A stretch of DNA of 64,000 bases from Trichinella spiralis (taxonomy: Eukaryota), in assembly GCF_000181795.1 (NCBI RefSeq), contig NW_003526946.1, forward strand, positions 615,351 through 679,350, given 5' to 3'. The notes beneath the pieces are model-generated. The model saw only the letters and a list, made by a program, of their open reading frames with translations. It did no database searches and was not told the origin of the DNA. Position numbers and translations under genes: made by a program. Shown piece by piece: positions 1 through 10,682 of this stretch (position 1 is the first letter of the stretch; each line of letters starts with the position of its first letter).

Positions 1-414
1 CAGCATCGATATTCGCCAATAATTTTCCAAACCCTCTCCGAGGTGTTGACCGACTACAAGTATGGGCGTATGTCTAACATGGACGGCAAAGAATGTATTG
101 CTTATGAAAAGCTGTATGGGATATTTCAATGTGATTCAAGACTGAACGATCTGGTATCCATATTTGTCAACGTCGCTTGCATTGTCGACAAAAAAGCATG
201 GAATCGAATTTTCAAAGTAAATAAACACGCAAACGTATATTCCCACGTACGTATAATGATGTATTTTAGCCCGACTAATTTGCACTTTGTAAGCAATGAT
301 CGACATGTGGCAGAACTTTTTTCACGCAAGAATTTATGTAAAACATTAAAAGGTGTAAATTTTGCATCTGTTTTGACTTTTTTGCACTGTACATATTCTA
401 TTATACTGTCATAG
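1..414 (+). CDS. Possible exon(s) of an unidentified gene, open from the window edge
   Basis: Frame 1 is open from base 1 (QHRYSPIIFQTLSEVLTDYKYGR...). No recognisable motif. Confidence 0.2.
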   Translation, partial: QHRYSPIIFQTLSEVLTDYKYGRMSNMDGKECIAYEKLYGIFQCDSRLNDLVSIFVNVACIVDKKAWNRIFKVNKHANVYSHVRIMMYFSPTNLHFVSNDRHVAELFSRKNLCKTLKGVNFASVLTFLHCTYSIILS

Positions 415-1727
415 TGAATGGAACGTGTGATGTGTGTGAAATTTAGTCAATTACTGCGCTTAAAATGTAAATTAGAAGGGAAAGAAATGAAATAAATATT
501 TTTTTAATTTTTTTGAACATTATGCAGGTATATGATACTGCAATAAATGCATATGTATTTTAATAAATCCCATTATATATTTGGCGTATATACTGCAATA
601 CATTAATGATCGCTGAAAAGCGATTTTTTAATGAATTTAATGAATTCAATTTTAATGACATGATTATTTTAATAATCCAACAGTAATTAAATTATTAGCT
701 AAAGCATTTAGCGGCACACTTTCCACATATAAGTAGACCTATTTGATGACTTTCAAAATTGTTATTATCAATTTTTTTGCACGGGATGGTCCACTTTTCA
801 ACGCGTTTTTTTATTGGTCGTTGACCGCGCTATTTTATTGGACCGTCAAGTCGTTGTCTTATTGGTTTTCTTTGTCTAATTGCTCATTGATTCAAATCTT
901 TCCCTTGTGATTAGAAGTAATATTTGTTCATTGCATAGGTTCAAATATTCCAGTTAGGATTATGTAACAGTAAATAGTAGGGACGCAACATTAATAATGG
1001 AAATATTTATTATTCCAAAATTGTCTGTTTGAAGTTTTGTCATTCATTGAAATTTTGTTTATTCAAATATATCATTTGTGGTGAAGTTTGTACTTTTTCA
1101 TGATCAGTATTTCTGAAAATATTTTTTATCACTGTTCTCTATTTTATTGTACGAAACTGACGTTATATCAAATGCGATAGTAATAATTCAGAAAAATCAA
1201 TACAAAAAAGAAGTTAAATAGTGATTTTTATTTTTCACTAGCCAACAGGAGCAGCACAAACAGTAAAGAACAGCCAACAACAACAACGACAACAATGAAA
1301 AACAACAGTGAACGGCATGAACAAAGAGGAAACAACGAAAAAGCAAGAAACTAAATATTGCAATACAATACAGCACAATAAAATACAAACCACCAATTGG
1401 AAGGCGGCATTAAATCGGCTCCCGCGTTATGTACATTAATGAATGCTTCCAGAAAATGCTCCAGGGTACGACTACCGTTGTGTATTCACCCGTATATTGG
1501 GCAAACCCTTTGTTGCTTTTCAGCATAAACTTTGTTTACCTGTCTTATGTCACCACCGGTAGCGTTTCCTGATAGCACTTGCTGAATCAGGGTGTCCATC
1601 ACACCCTGTTCTGCTATCAGGATCTGCAGCAGTTCATACAACCCGTAATGACTTTTAGCGGCTTTTCTGTTGAACCGATTGTGCCAACCTTCCAAGTGGT
1701 TATTGGTTCTAATATTTACATTATATA

Positions 1728-1899
1728 TGTTACGCTTAATGTTGAAAATTGCCTATTATTGATAATAGGCAAGCGTTTTTCCTATTATTGATAATAGGCA
1801 ACAGCTTTTGCCTATTATTGATAATAGGCAATAAGCATTTGCCTAATGTTGAAGAAAACGGCTTACGAGTCACGCTGTATGTTGAAATGATTTTATTAA
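1728..1899 (+). repeat. Left terminal inverted repeat of the Ginger element (172 bp, 3 palindromic units)
   Basis: Reverse complement of 4394-4535 plus one extra ~30-bp unit containing CCTATTATTGATAATAGG. Confidence 0.9.
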
Positions 1900-1943
1900 T
1901 GATATTTGTATTTATTATCAGAAACAAATGTATCGCACGAGGT

Positions 1944-3508
1944 TTATATATTATTGCATGACTTCCCGGGGTGACAACGAGAATTGCATAATACTCTTTT
2001 TCTGCTGCAACTGCATCGACCAGATGAGCAGCCAGATAGGCACATGCACTTAACATATCCTTGGCCGCCCGTAGCTTTAGTTACTGCAGTTCTAAGAGGA
2101 ATTTCGGTGTCAGGTACTTCATCAATTGATAGTAAAATTTCCGATATCACTTGTAAATCTGCAGCTGTAAACTTAGATGCCAATTTTCCTTCTCTGCAAC
2201 CAACAGTGTACAATCCTTCACATTCCGCCATGACAACTACTAAGAAGTTTTTAGGATCCGCAGGTCCACGATCCACGTCTGGCACTCTCACTGTACAATT
2301 CTGACCTATTTTGAGCGGTATTAACATTTTCTTAGTTCGTCGTGTCATTTTTGCTGCTGCTCTAGTCTGCCCTAAAGCTGCTTCTTTTCGTGCTTTTATA
2401 AATGTCTCAGGAAGATGTTTCATAATACTGCTTTCATTTTCGTCATAGTTTTTTCCATCTCTGTTCAAACTATCTTCATCATTGGCTTCATGAGATGTCA
2501 AAAATTCTTCAATTTCTTCTTCTGTTTTCGCTGCATCAACTAGTGATTTTGGCAGGACGTAAGACTCCAGTCCAATTCGTGGCTCCTCTCCAAATGTCAC
2601 CTTGAATGGACTTTGTCCTGTTGTTTCATGGACACTAACATTTATTTGCCATTGAACAAATTTCAGTCCCATTGACCATCTTTTGCATCCATTTTCTCGC
2701 ATCCATATTGCCAGTTTGTCTTGCACAACGCCGTTTAGGCGCTCAACCGCACCTTGGCTCTGAGGATGCCTGGGTCTACCCGTGACAAGCTTCAGCTCTG
2801 GCCAACATGTTTTGAGTTCCGCAATTATGGCATTTGAAAATTCCCGACCGTTGTCGGATTGCAGAATGCTGGGAGCGCCGAACGTTAAAAAGATTTCGAG
2901 CAGCTTCGATGCCACTTCTTCCGCCCGTTTTGACTTTAGCGGACTCAAAATGCAGAACTTCGTAAAGTGATTCAAGTATGTCATGATATATTTAAAATCA
3001 CCATCTGGCATGGTTTGAAAATTTATCAAGTCCACCTGGGCTCGTGACATCAAATTTGTACTAACCAGTGGTTTAACAACCAGGCTTTTTGGAAGCTTTC
3101 TGGCCCTCTTCTTGTGGCATTCTTCACAAAATGTGAGAAACAAATGGCAAGCTTCTTGTGTGACGTTCGCCCATTTATTCTGTGCTTCTCTAAATGTTTT
3201 TTTTCTCCACCATGGCCAATTTTTTGGTGAGCATCATTGATAACATCAAACATTTCTTCAATAGAGGCGATGCATCTTATTGCCTCATTCTTGCCCAAGC
3301 GAATTAGTTTATTTTCTTCGCCGATTTTTAAAACTCCATACCGATTTTTTAAATTATAATCACGAGCAGATTTTGGACCATCTGACTGGATTCGCAAAAT
3401 GTCAGTAATAATTTTATCTCGCTGTGAAATTGGAAAAATCGTTCCATTCTGTCATTTTTCCTTGATCAGAGCACGGAGCTTTCCTTCAAACACAGCCTTT
3501 CTATCCAT
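1944..3508 (-). pseudogene. Ginger/KRBA2-SCAND3-like integrase-type transposase with one early stop and one homopolymer frameshift
   Basis: ATG at 3508 (MDRKAVFEGKL), TGA at codon 19, HQKIGH...CEEC (HHCC zinc motif), frameshift in the T-run near 3200, DDE motifs QVDL / QSDNG / VERLN, and a C-terminal Cys-rich CMCLSGCSSGRCSC..CNSRCH. Confidence 0.85.
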
Positions 3509-4393
3509 CAGAACTTCAACAAATGAGGAAATGGTTGAATGTTACTTCCTGATTATACGTATAATCATGCTCCAACGATTTGTAGCTGAACTTGTTGCTA
3601 CTATATTTGATGTGGACTTCCGGGTTTGATGTCAGAAAAGTGGATAATATGTCTGCAAAATTTGAAATGTGGTGCCAACACTTTTAATTAATCCACAAAT
3701 GGCACCAAAACTTACGCTAAAGACTGCGATGCTGAATGCCCATTGAAATAAAAAAAATTTTAATCGTGTCCTTCGATTTGGTGCCGTTCAATTTTTTATG
3801 CTGGCATCATCAAATGGTTTATATGGCATTTTATCAAAAGCGTCTATTTCTATTTCTATTTGTAACGATTGAAGAAAACTGTTCTAAGAAGTGTCAACTA
3901 ACAGTGATAGCTGCTTGGCGACTTCCTTGTGAACTTCATGATGCTGACAGAACAGCGATGACAAATTTCGCATTTAGAAGGGATAGTAACAGCTCATCTC
4001 CTGCGAGCAAGACCGCTGCAGATCTTAAGGCCTAAACGTAATGATATTTGCACGTAGCCATTTGCCAAGCAGTTTGCCAAGCTCACGTGGACATTTCCTG
4101 CATTCAAGTACGCAGGGTCGTTGCACAGTTCACAAAAAAAACTGCAGAAATTAGTGTGTTCAGTGTGGCAAAGGGCTTCACCAGATAGGTTTCCTAATAT
4201 ATCATCAGCAGCTCAATATCATGATAGCAGACACTGCAGTGTACAATATTCCCAAATGAGTACATGAGAAAAAATGACTTTCAAATTATTTTTTCATAAT
4301 GATTTTTTATTTATATCTTAACTAACTCTCAAGGACTGTATCTACAAAATTAAGTATTCACTACAACTGGATTACAATTCAGTCACTAAAGGG

Positions 4394-4535
4394 TTAATAA
4401 AATCATTTCAACATACAGCGTGACTCGTAAGCCGTTTTTTTCAACATTAGGCAAATGCTTATTGCCTATTATCAATAATAGGCAAAACGCTTGCCTATTA
4501 TCAATAATAGGCAATTTTCAACATTAAGCGTAACA
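4394..4535 (-). repeat. Right terminal inverted repeat of the Ginger element (142 bp, 2 palindromic units)
   Basis: Reverse complement of the left TIR. Confidence 0.9.
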
Positions 4536-5651
4536 TATACATTCCAAAGCGGCAGTCGCTCGTCGGTCATTCACTCCTGCCGAAAGTATTGGAATAAAGC
4601 GGCTAAAGTACCCGTAGTGCCTGCTTCAAGCAGTCTAACACCCGGTACAGGGAGGAAAGCCGTGGCCAGAAGCATTCTTATCTTTCTTCTTGTTGCTTCT
4701 TCCATTCGATATCGTGATTTCAGTCCCAGCTCACCGACTTTCCTATGTACCGCCTGGTAGAAGTGGAAGTAACAACCTTGTACCCGCGTGTTCGGGAAGT
4801 AGCCCTGAATCACGGGTATCAGGGCCGTTTCAAAATCACAAATTATAGTTTCTGGATTAAGATTGACCCTGAGGACTGCCGCTTTGTTTTAGTAAAGCTT
4901 GAAATATAAACCTGCATGTTACAATATCAGTTGCTGTTGATTCAATCAAACAGTTTTTGATAAAATTTGGGTACAACCTTGAAAGTACCATCCAATGCCC
5001 AGGTTCGCATGGCTGCCAGCAGTCTAATGTTGTAACCCGTAGCAAATACCAGTATGTGCCTCGATGAACGCTGCCACAATAAAAAATCATCACCGGCCTT
5101 CGTTGTTCTAAACGGGACCGGGATTTTCAGGTCCCGACGATGATTGGGCAGTTTTGGGAATCGCTTTACCCGGTGGCCGTACATCGCGGACTTTACCCGT
5201 TTAAAGGTAGGAAATTAGCCAGATGTTGATGGCTCGGCGGATGCTTCATCACCATGAATAGCCAGGATGGGTTTCATTTCTTTCGCGCTGCGCTTTGTCA
5301 AAACCGCCCTCTTTTCCATTTTGTAGGCCAAGTGTTCATCCACGGAGCAGCTTTCGATGTGATCATTCCGCTTGATAACCGATGTCACATCAAGGTTGGT
5401 CCATATGGCACCATTGCAGCCCTTTTTATCCTATACCAAAATAATCTAACCCTTAATGACGAAGAAAACCAACTGTACATTTAGCACATACTTTCGAGCA
5501 CCTCCAATATTTCTGTCTGCCGGCACGTTTTAATTTATATATCCTGCCTACCATACCACCGAATTGGACCAAATCCCGCAACAACTTGGTACAAGATGCA
5601 ACTCAGGTACATCAGCCATAAGGAACAGAATAGAAAATGTTTTGAATAACT

Positions 5652-5707
5652 CTGAGTTGAAGAGGAGAGGGGAAATGGGATCTCACTGTTGGACTCCCTG
5701 ATTAACC
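5652..5707 (-). mobile_element. 56-bp R2 reverse transcriptase snippet (VNQGVQQ*DPISPLLFNS)
   Basis: Matches the QGDPISPLLFNS motif DNA at 6803-6845, 10738-10775 and 39215-39270. Confidence 0.7.
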
Positions 5708-6056
5708 GTTTAGTTACCGAATTGCGATCCAGTTGGAGTGGATACTCAATTTTGCAGCTATTAAGACCTTGAGTGTAAGGTAAGATCTAAATGAAAAATG
5801 GTTTTGAAATAATAATTAGGTTGTTTTATCACGTTCCCATTCGGGAACATTGGACACTACGGTGTCTGCATGAAAACAGTATACGGTGTTTATTTCTATA
5901 CAATTCATCACTCCTGAATAGTAAACATAGTGGAAAAAACAGTTACACAATAGTATTAAGATATCTCAGATATAAGTCACAGTTACTGATGATATACTGG
6001 GAAACATATCTGATGCAGCCGTTTGCCACACTGAACACAAGTTTTATTTGCAAACT
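5701..6056 (+). mobile_element. Diverged relic of the Ginger subterminal region, opposite orientation
   Basis: Colinear similarity to the reverse complement of 4140-4397 (e.g. CTGATGATATA.T.GGAAAC.TATCTG...TTTGCCACACTGAACACA). Confidence 0.65.
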
Positions 6057-7541
6057 ACGCAGGGACTTTTGGTGTCGCGGCATGCTGGTTATGGCTTGTG
6101 ATGTCGTGTCGGCACTGCTCATTATGCTGTTGGTGCCGACAGCGACGCGTGCAGTGTGTTGCGTGCGAAGCGGGCGCAGGCCTAGCCCGCCGTCCTTAAC
6201 AGGCATGGTGAGGAACATGTTGCTCATGCCTGTGTGCGGGAGGTGCAGGAAGCGTTTGACCGTTTGCCTAATGGAGGCATCAACCTCCTCTAGTACTCTC
6301 CTACCCACCCCGGGGAAACCCAGCTTGTATTCCATCGCGGGAATTAAGTAGTCCCGCACAGTGGCAAGTTTCCGTGCGGGTTTTAGGGGGGCTTTGCGGA
6401 TCCTCTCCAGGGTCCCTTCCAGTGTGTCTAAGTTGAAAGATGGCTTGCCGTCTGGAGTTATGGAGACCCCCAAGACTTTGATGAGTTCCCCAGGGCCCGC
6501 CATCAGAATATAGATGTGTTCCTCTCCGGCGTCAGGGACCTTAAATGCTTTGGAGGTATCTTGTACTAATGATTTGGTTTTCGGCGTGCGGACGAAGCGG
6601 ATACCTTTGCACCTTTTAATATTTACTCCAAGACCCCTCTCGTTGACGAAGTCGTGGGTGATGGAGAGAAGTTTCTCCATTCCCCTGCGACTGCTACTGA
6701 CTAGAGTTACGTCGTCCGCAAACGCCAGCGTTACGACCTTATTGCTGCCAATTTTATAACCCACTCCACTTTGTTCGAGGAGCTCTATCAACTCGTCCAT
6801 GACCGAGTTGAAGAGGAGGGGGGAAATAGGGTCTCCCTGGTTAATTTCTATTTTATTACTAAATACCCCTCCATCTCCCTTGATAACGATCGTGCTTCCG
6901 GTGACCATTTCCCAGATGAGTGCACGTGAATCGGTGTCGAGTCCATGCATGCGGAGGGCTCGATCGATTGACGAGTGATTGACTGTGCCGAATGCCTTGG
7001 CGAAATCTACACAGACGATGTTCAGTTTCTTCCCGGACTTGTGCGCCTCTCTGACGATGGTCGTAAGGGTAGTGATATTGTCAAAGGCGCCATCCGTGCC
7101 TGACCGGAAGGCCTTTTGACGGGGTTGGAGGGAAATGCAATTTCCAAGCCGCCTCGTTACAATTTTGCTGAAGAGCCGGTATACACATGAAGCGATAGTT
7201 ACTGGTCGGTAGTCTTCAGCGTCGGGTCGGGGATTATCGGTTTTGGGGATGAGAGTGGTGCGACAATCCTTAAGTTGTGGGGGGGGATGTACCTTGCGAG
7301 AAGAAAGCAGTTAAAGGCAGTCGCAAGGCACACCGGGTCACATTTTCGGAGGTGTGACACCTGAACTCCGTCGAGGCCTGCCGACGTTTTTGCAGACATA
7401 AATTTGAAGTGCAGCGTAACCTCGTCTGCCGAAATGGGGGACAGAATATTTTCTGAGTTGTGGGGGGGGGGGAATCGTTTTGATTGGTAGGGTGCGGAGT
7501 CAGCGACTTCGATTGGGCAGCTCACATTAGAAAGGGGCTGA
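6057..7541 (-). mobile_element. R2-clade non-LTR retrotransposon RT fragment
   Basis: SAGLDG, RTTLIPK, YRPVT, RQKAF, DFAKAF, QGDPISPLLFN, LAFADD and GGLGL motifs. Closely similar to 38480-39960. Confidence 0.9.
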
Positions 7542-8512
7542 TTTTTTTTTGTTTCCGCTTTATGAAGGTACCTGGTTCGCAATCCAAGCTCTGCCACTTT
7601 CCGCAGAACTGCTTGGCAGAAGTGAAAATAGCAACCTTGCATTTGAACGCCCGGGAACGATGCCTGCACCGCAGGGATAAGAGCAGTTTCGAAATCGCAA
7701 ATCACAGTTTGCGGCTGAAAGACAACCCCTAACGCTGCCGCTTTTAAAATTAAATTATCGAAAATTTCATATGTTGGGAGATCTCTTCTAACTGTTAAAC
7801 AATATACAAGTGGTATTAATTTACCTTCTTTAAACACATGAATGCTGAACATCTGATGGTACCATTCAGGAACAATTTTAAATGTTCCATCCATGCACCA
7901 GACAGTATGTCCAGCCAACTCCCGTATATTTTCATCTGTACAAAATATTAAAACAGAATTATGTACATTATTATACATCAAAAACTGCCGGCCAGACTTC
8001 GTAACACGCCAGTGTGCTGGAATTTCCAGCTGCTGGCGGTGGTGGAAAACGTTTGGCCCGGCTTCTGTACAAGGCCGCTTCCACTTTTTTGTATGTTGGA
8101 AACTGACCAGCAGTTTCCAAACTGGTGGATGCACTGCTGCATTCCTCCCCGTATATTTGCGGCACCGTCTTTGTTTCTTCCCCTGCGCGGCGTTTAAGAG
8201 TATTTCTCTTTTCAATTCTATACAAAACAGACTCGTCGGCAGTGCACGTTTCTGCATGCGGTGCTGTTCTCAAAACAGTGTTTACTTCGAGGTTGGTGTA
8301 AACTGTACCTCTACATCCACTTCTCACCTGCATGAGAAATCAGAATGCTGACTGATAAAAATAGCATATTATAATAATGAAATATTATTTACCCGTTGGC
8401 AAACCCACTGTTTGTCTTCAAAATTTGTGTGTCTTAGGAGGTGAACTCTACCTTCATACACTAAGTTGTAGTTATTTCGATTATTTAAAACCAAATGCAA
8501 ATCAGCAGCCAT
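7541..8512 (-). mobile_element. Second-family FLYWCH-MULE transposase, 3'-truncated, with a 65-bp intron (8328-8392)
   Basis: ATG at 8512 (MAADLHLVLN), WVCQR|VRSGCRG across a phase-0 GT-AG intron, MDGTFKIVP, CDFE, GCYFHF. Confidence 0.85.
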
Positions 8513-8689
8513 GAGAGAAGATGAATCAAAACGAAGTCAAGCACACAGAACAGAAAACTGGTAAAATGGTGAAAACGGGGTTCACCTCTGATTATATGTA
8601 AAATTCTGCTCCTACGGTTTGTAACTAACTTTGTTGCTTGTTGAAATTTGCCGGTTTAGTCTCGTTATTCCCTTCAACATTTCGTTATC

Positions 8690-9370
8690 ATTGAAAATAC
8701 AAGTTGGAAGGTTACAAATGCAAATGGTAAAGTAATGGCAACTTAAGTGTACACCAACGCACTAGTCAGTTTAGTTCAGGTGTTGAAAAACAGTTTAAAA
8801 TTTACACAAAATGTACAACCACATGTTTCTTTATTTTTAAATAAAATTCAAGATTTTTATTTTTTTATTAACATGAAACATAAGAAGAAAAACAATAACT
8901 CTGGTGAACGGAAGCCAAAGAAACAGTGAAGAGAGTAAAGATAAAATTCTCATCGAAACCAGAAACATTTTCAGATAACAGTCCAGCTAAAATCAGAAAA
9001 GTATTTCGATACTAACATTCAGCAATCACCACTTCTACTTTCAGCTGAATAGCTACAGCTGTGGACAATTTATCACTTGTTCAATTTTCCTTTGTACTTG
9101 AATAGCCCTTAGCTACTCTTCAGAAAAGTTTCTGACAAAATGAAAAGCATCTTGTGCATAAATCTCGTAAAATTGCTAGCTAAAACGTCATTCATCTGAC
9201 GAGCAAAGCAACTGTGAAACAATATTTATCAACGTGGATGGATAAAAGTAAAACACTTAGAAAGCGATGGACAGCACCAAGCAGAAAAGCTGCTGCAGCT
9301 TTTTCATTTCACGGGGCAGAGGATATTGCATACTTTGTGATATCAGCTTTGGTGCGCCATTTGTGGATAA
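8690..9370 (+). repeat. Copy of a locally amplified AT-rich repeat family (core AAACATAAGAAGAAAAACAATAACTC...CAGCAATCACCACT...GCTGT)
   Basis: Related copies near 13830-14400(-), 14850-15470(+), 15790-16440(+), 17000-17470(-), 18665-18876(-), 20490-21300(+), 29500-30050(-), 30460-31100(+), 31670-32100(-), 33042-33400(-), 33780-34330(+), 41760-42430(+), 51980-52710(+). Confidence 0.8.
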
Positions 9371-9689
9371 ATTAAAACTGTTGGCCCCATTTTCCAAGTT
9401 TTTCAGACAGATTATCGATTTTCCTTCATCTTGCATGGAAGTAGACATTGAATCGAGAAAAAGAATTTGAACAAGCAAAACATTCAGTTACAAAACATAG
9501 GAGAAGGTTGATATTCCTATGGACAATGTTTAAGGTCTCAGACGAAAATTTTTTCTTTTACTATTCCTTGTTCTCTTTATGCCTGATAATTCTGATTTGC
9601 TTCTTGTAAGCAACCGTTGCAGTAAAACGTCCCTTGTTTTTGAAGCGAGGGCATACAAACTGAAACACCGGCAAACAGAAGAAATATCA

Positions 9690-10246
9690 GGGATGTTCCA
9701 CAGTGTACACTCAATGTGCATCATGTGTTTACTGTTTTTAAAGAATAGTTTATTTTGATACAAAATAGGCTGCAGGGGTGCAATGTGTACAAATTTAAAA
9801 GCTACGGATGCTATTAGTAAGAAAGATCACTTTGAAACTTTCGCGGTGGATTCACCATTTTACTGAATTTCATTAAATAATTAATTGTAATTAATTTCAT
9901 AAAATAAGTATCATTAAACAGTAATTTTTTAAATATATATAGGATATAAATAGTATAGCTTTGAATATCAGCAAACTGACCATTGAAGAAAAACTGAAAT
10001 TTGACAAATAGAACGCATTACAACGACAACCAGTAAAATTTAGGTTCGCGAAAACAAATAAAATTCATCACAGCCACAGCCAGTGAAATTTCGCAGCGCC
10101 ACAACAAATAAAATTCATCACAACGACAATCAATGAAAGTTAGCTTGTAAACCGATAAAATTTAAAACCAATCAAATTTGTATGGGAAATTTATAACCAA
10201 TCAAATTTCGATGCGGCATGTCTTTGATGGCAAAAATGAGTCTACC
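9690..10246 (+). mobile_element. Short FLYWCH-MULE relic followed by a terminus-like repeat array ending GTCTACC
   Basis: GGCTGCAGGGGTGCAATGTGTACAAATTTA..AAAGATCAC resembles 22037-22100. Short tandem AAATTC/ACAAC units at 10000-10210 resemble the reverse of 13008-13200. Confidence 0.45.
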
Positions 10247-10249
10247 CGC

Positions 10250-10645
10250 GGACGCCAGGACACTGTATACCTGTTTTCTACAGTGTGTAAAGTGCGAGGC
10301 AACTGCATTCGCAGTTTTAAAGTGCTTATGACAAATACTACAAGTCAGACCGTTCACAGGAACGTTGTAGTGCGTGCAGTGACTAACTATTCGGGCAAAA
10401 ACAGCTTCAACGTGCTCGCAAGCCTGGCATTTGAATGGACCAGGATAAAAAAAATGTGAAACATGCTCTTACATCGCCTACCGATCCATGGCTAGAAGCG
10501 TCAGCGACAGTTTTGGGGTTTCCATGCGCTGAAGTCGAAAAGTTTGAACGCATTTTCGCACCGGAGAAATTCGAAAAACCAGTTTCGAAAGCGACCTTGA
10601 CCGAGCCGCCGCACACGCCGTTTACCCGCGTTTTTTGAGGTTGAA
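10250..10645 (-). mobile_element. R2 5' end fragment (28S-like leader, 5' UTR, first two zinc fingers)
   Basis: CGCGGGTAAACGGCG at 10616-10630, then CQACEH..HY and CSICHKHF...HFTHC. Paralogous to 25670-26030. Confidence 0.85.
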
Positions 10646-10682
10646 AAGTGTGCAAGAACTCACCCGCCGCTTGCATTGCCAA

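Larger units (their letters stand above)
1728..4535 (-). mobile_element. Ginger-type (integrase-like DDE) DNA transposon with TGT...ACA ends and 4-bp TATA target site duplication
   Basis: Begins TGTTACGCTTAATGTTGAAAA (1728) and ends TTTTCAACATTAAGCGTAACA (4535). TATA at 1724-1727 and 4536-4539. Internal rve-type integrase with no RT or gag. Confidence 0.9.
1410..5619 (-). pseudogene. MULE transposase pseudogene (frameshifts, stops, split by the 1728-4535 insertion)
   Basis: ORF pieces 4942-5184, 4571-4813 and 1486-1695. Removing the insertion and one TATA restores in-frame W-N-V-Y-N-V-N-I-R-T-N-N-H-L-E-G-W-H-N. Confidence 0.85.
781..5640 (-). mobile_element. FLYWCH-MULE (Mutator-like) DNA transposon, degenerate, interrupted by a Ginger element
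   Basis: Minus-strand MADVPELHLV start at 5619, FLYWCH-like GCNGAIWTNLD..H, DGTFKVVP, QGCYFHF and TNNHLEGWHN motifs. The 3' UTR/subterminal sequence (790-1390) recurs at 17480-17650 and 18887-19210. Outer boundaries are approximate. Confidence 0.8.

Noticed and set aside
1749..1831. Palindromic ~30-bp periodic repeats resembling a CRISPR array
   Set aside because: Spacers are only ~5-6 bp, there are no cas genes, the context is eukaryotic, and the units are part of transposon TIRs.
1944..3143. LTR retrotransposon pol or domesticated host KRBA2/SCAND3 gene
   Set aside because: No RT, RNase H, LTRs, KRAB or SCAN domain. It is bounded by TIRs and a 4-bp TSD.
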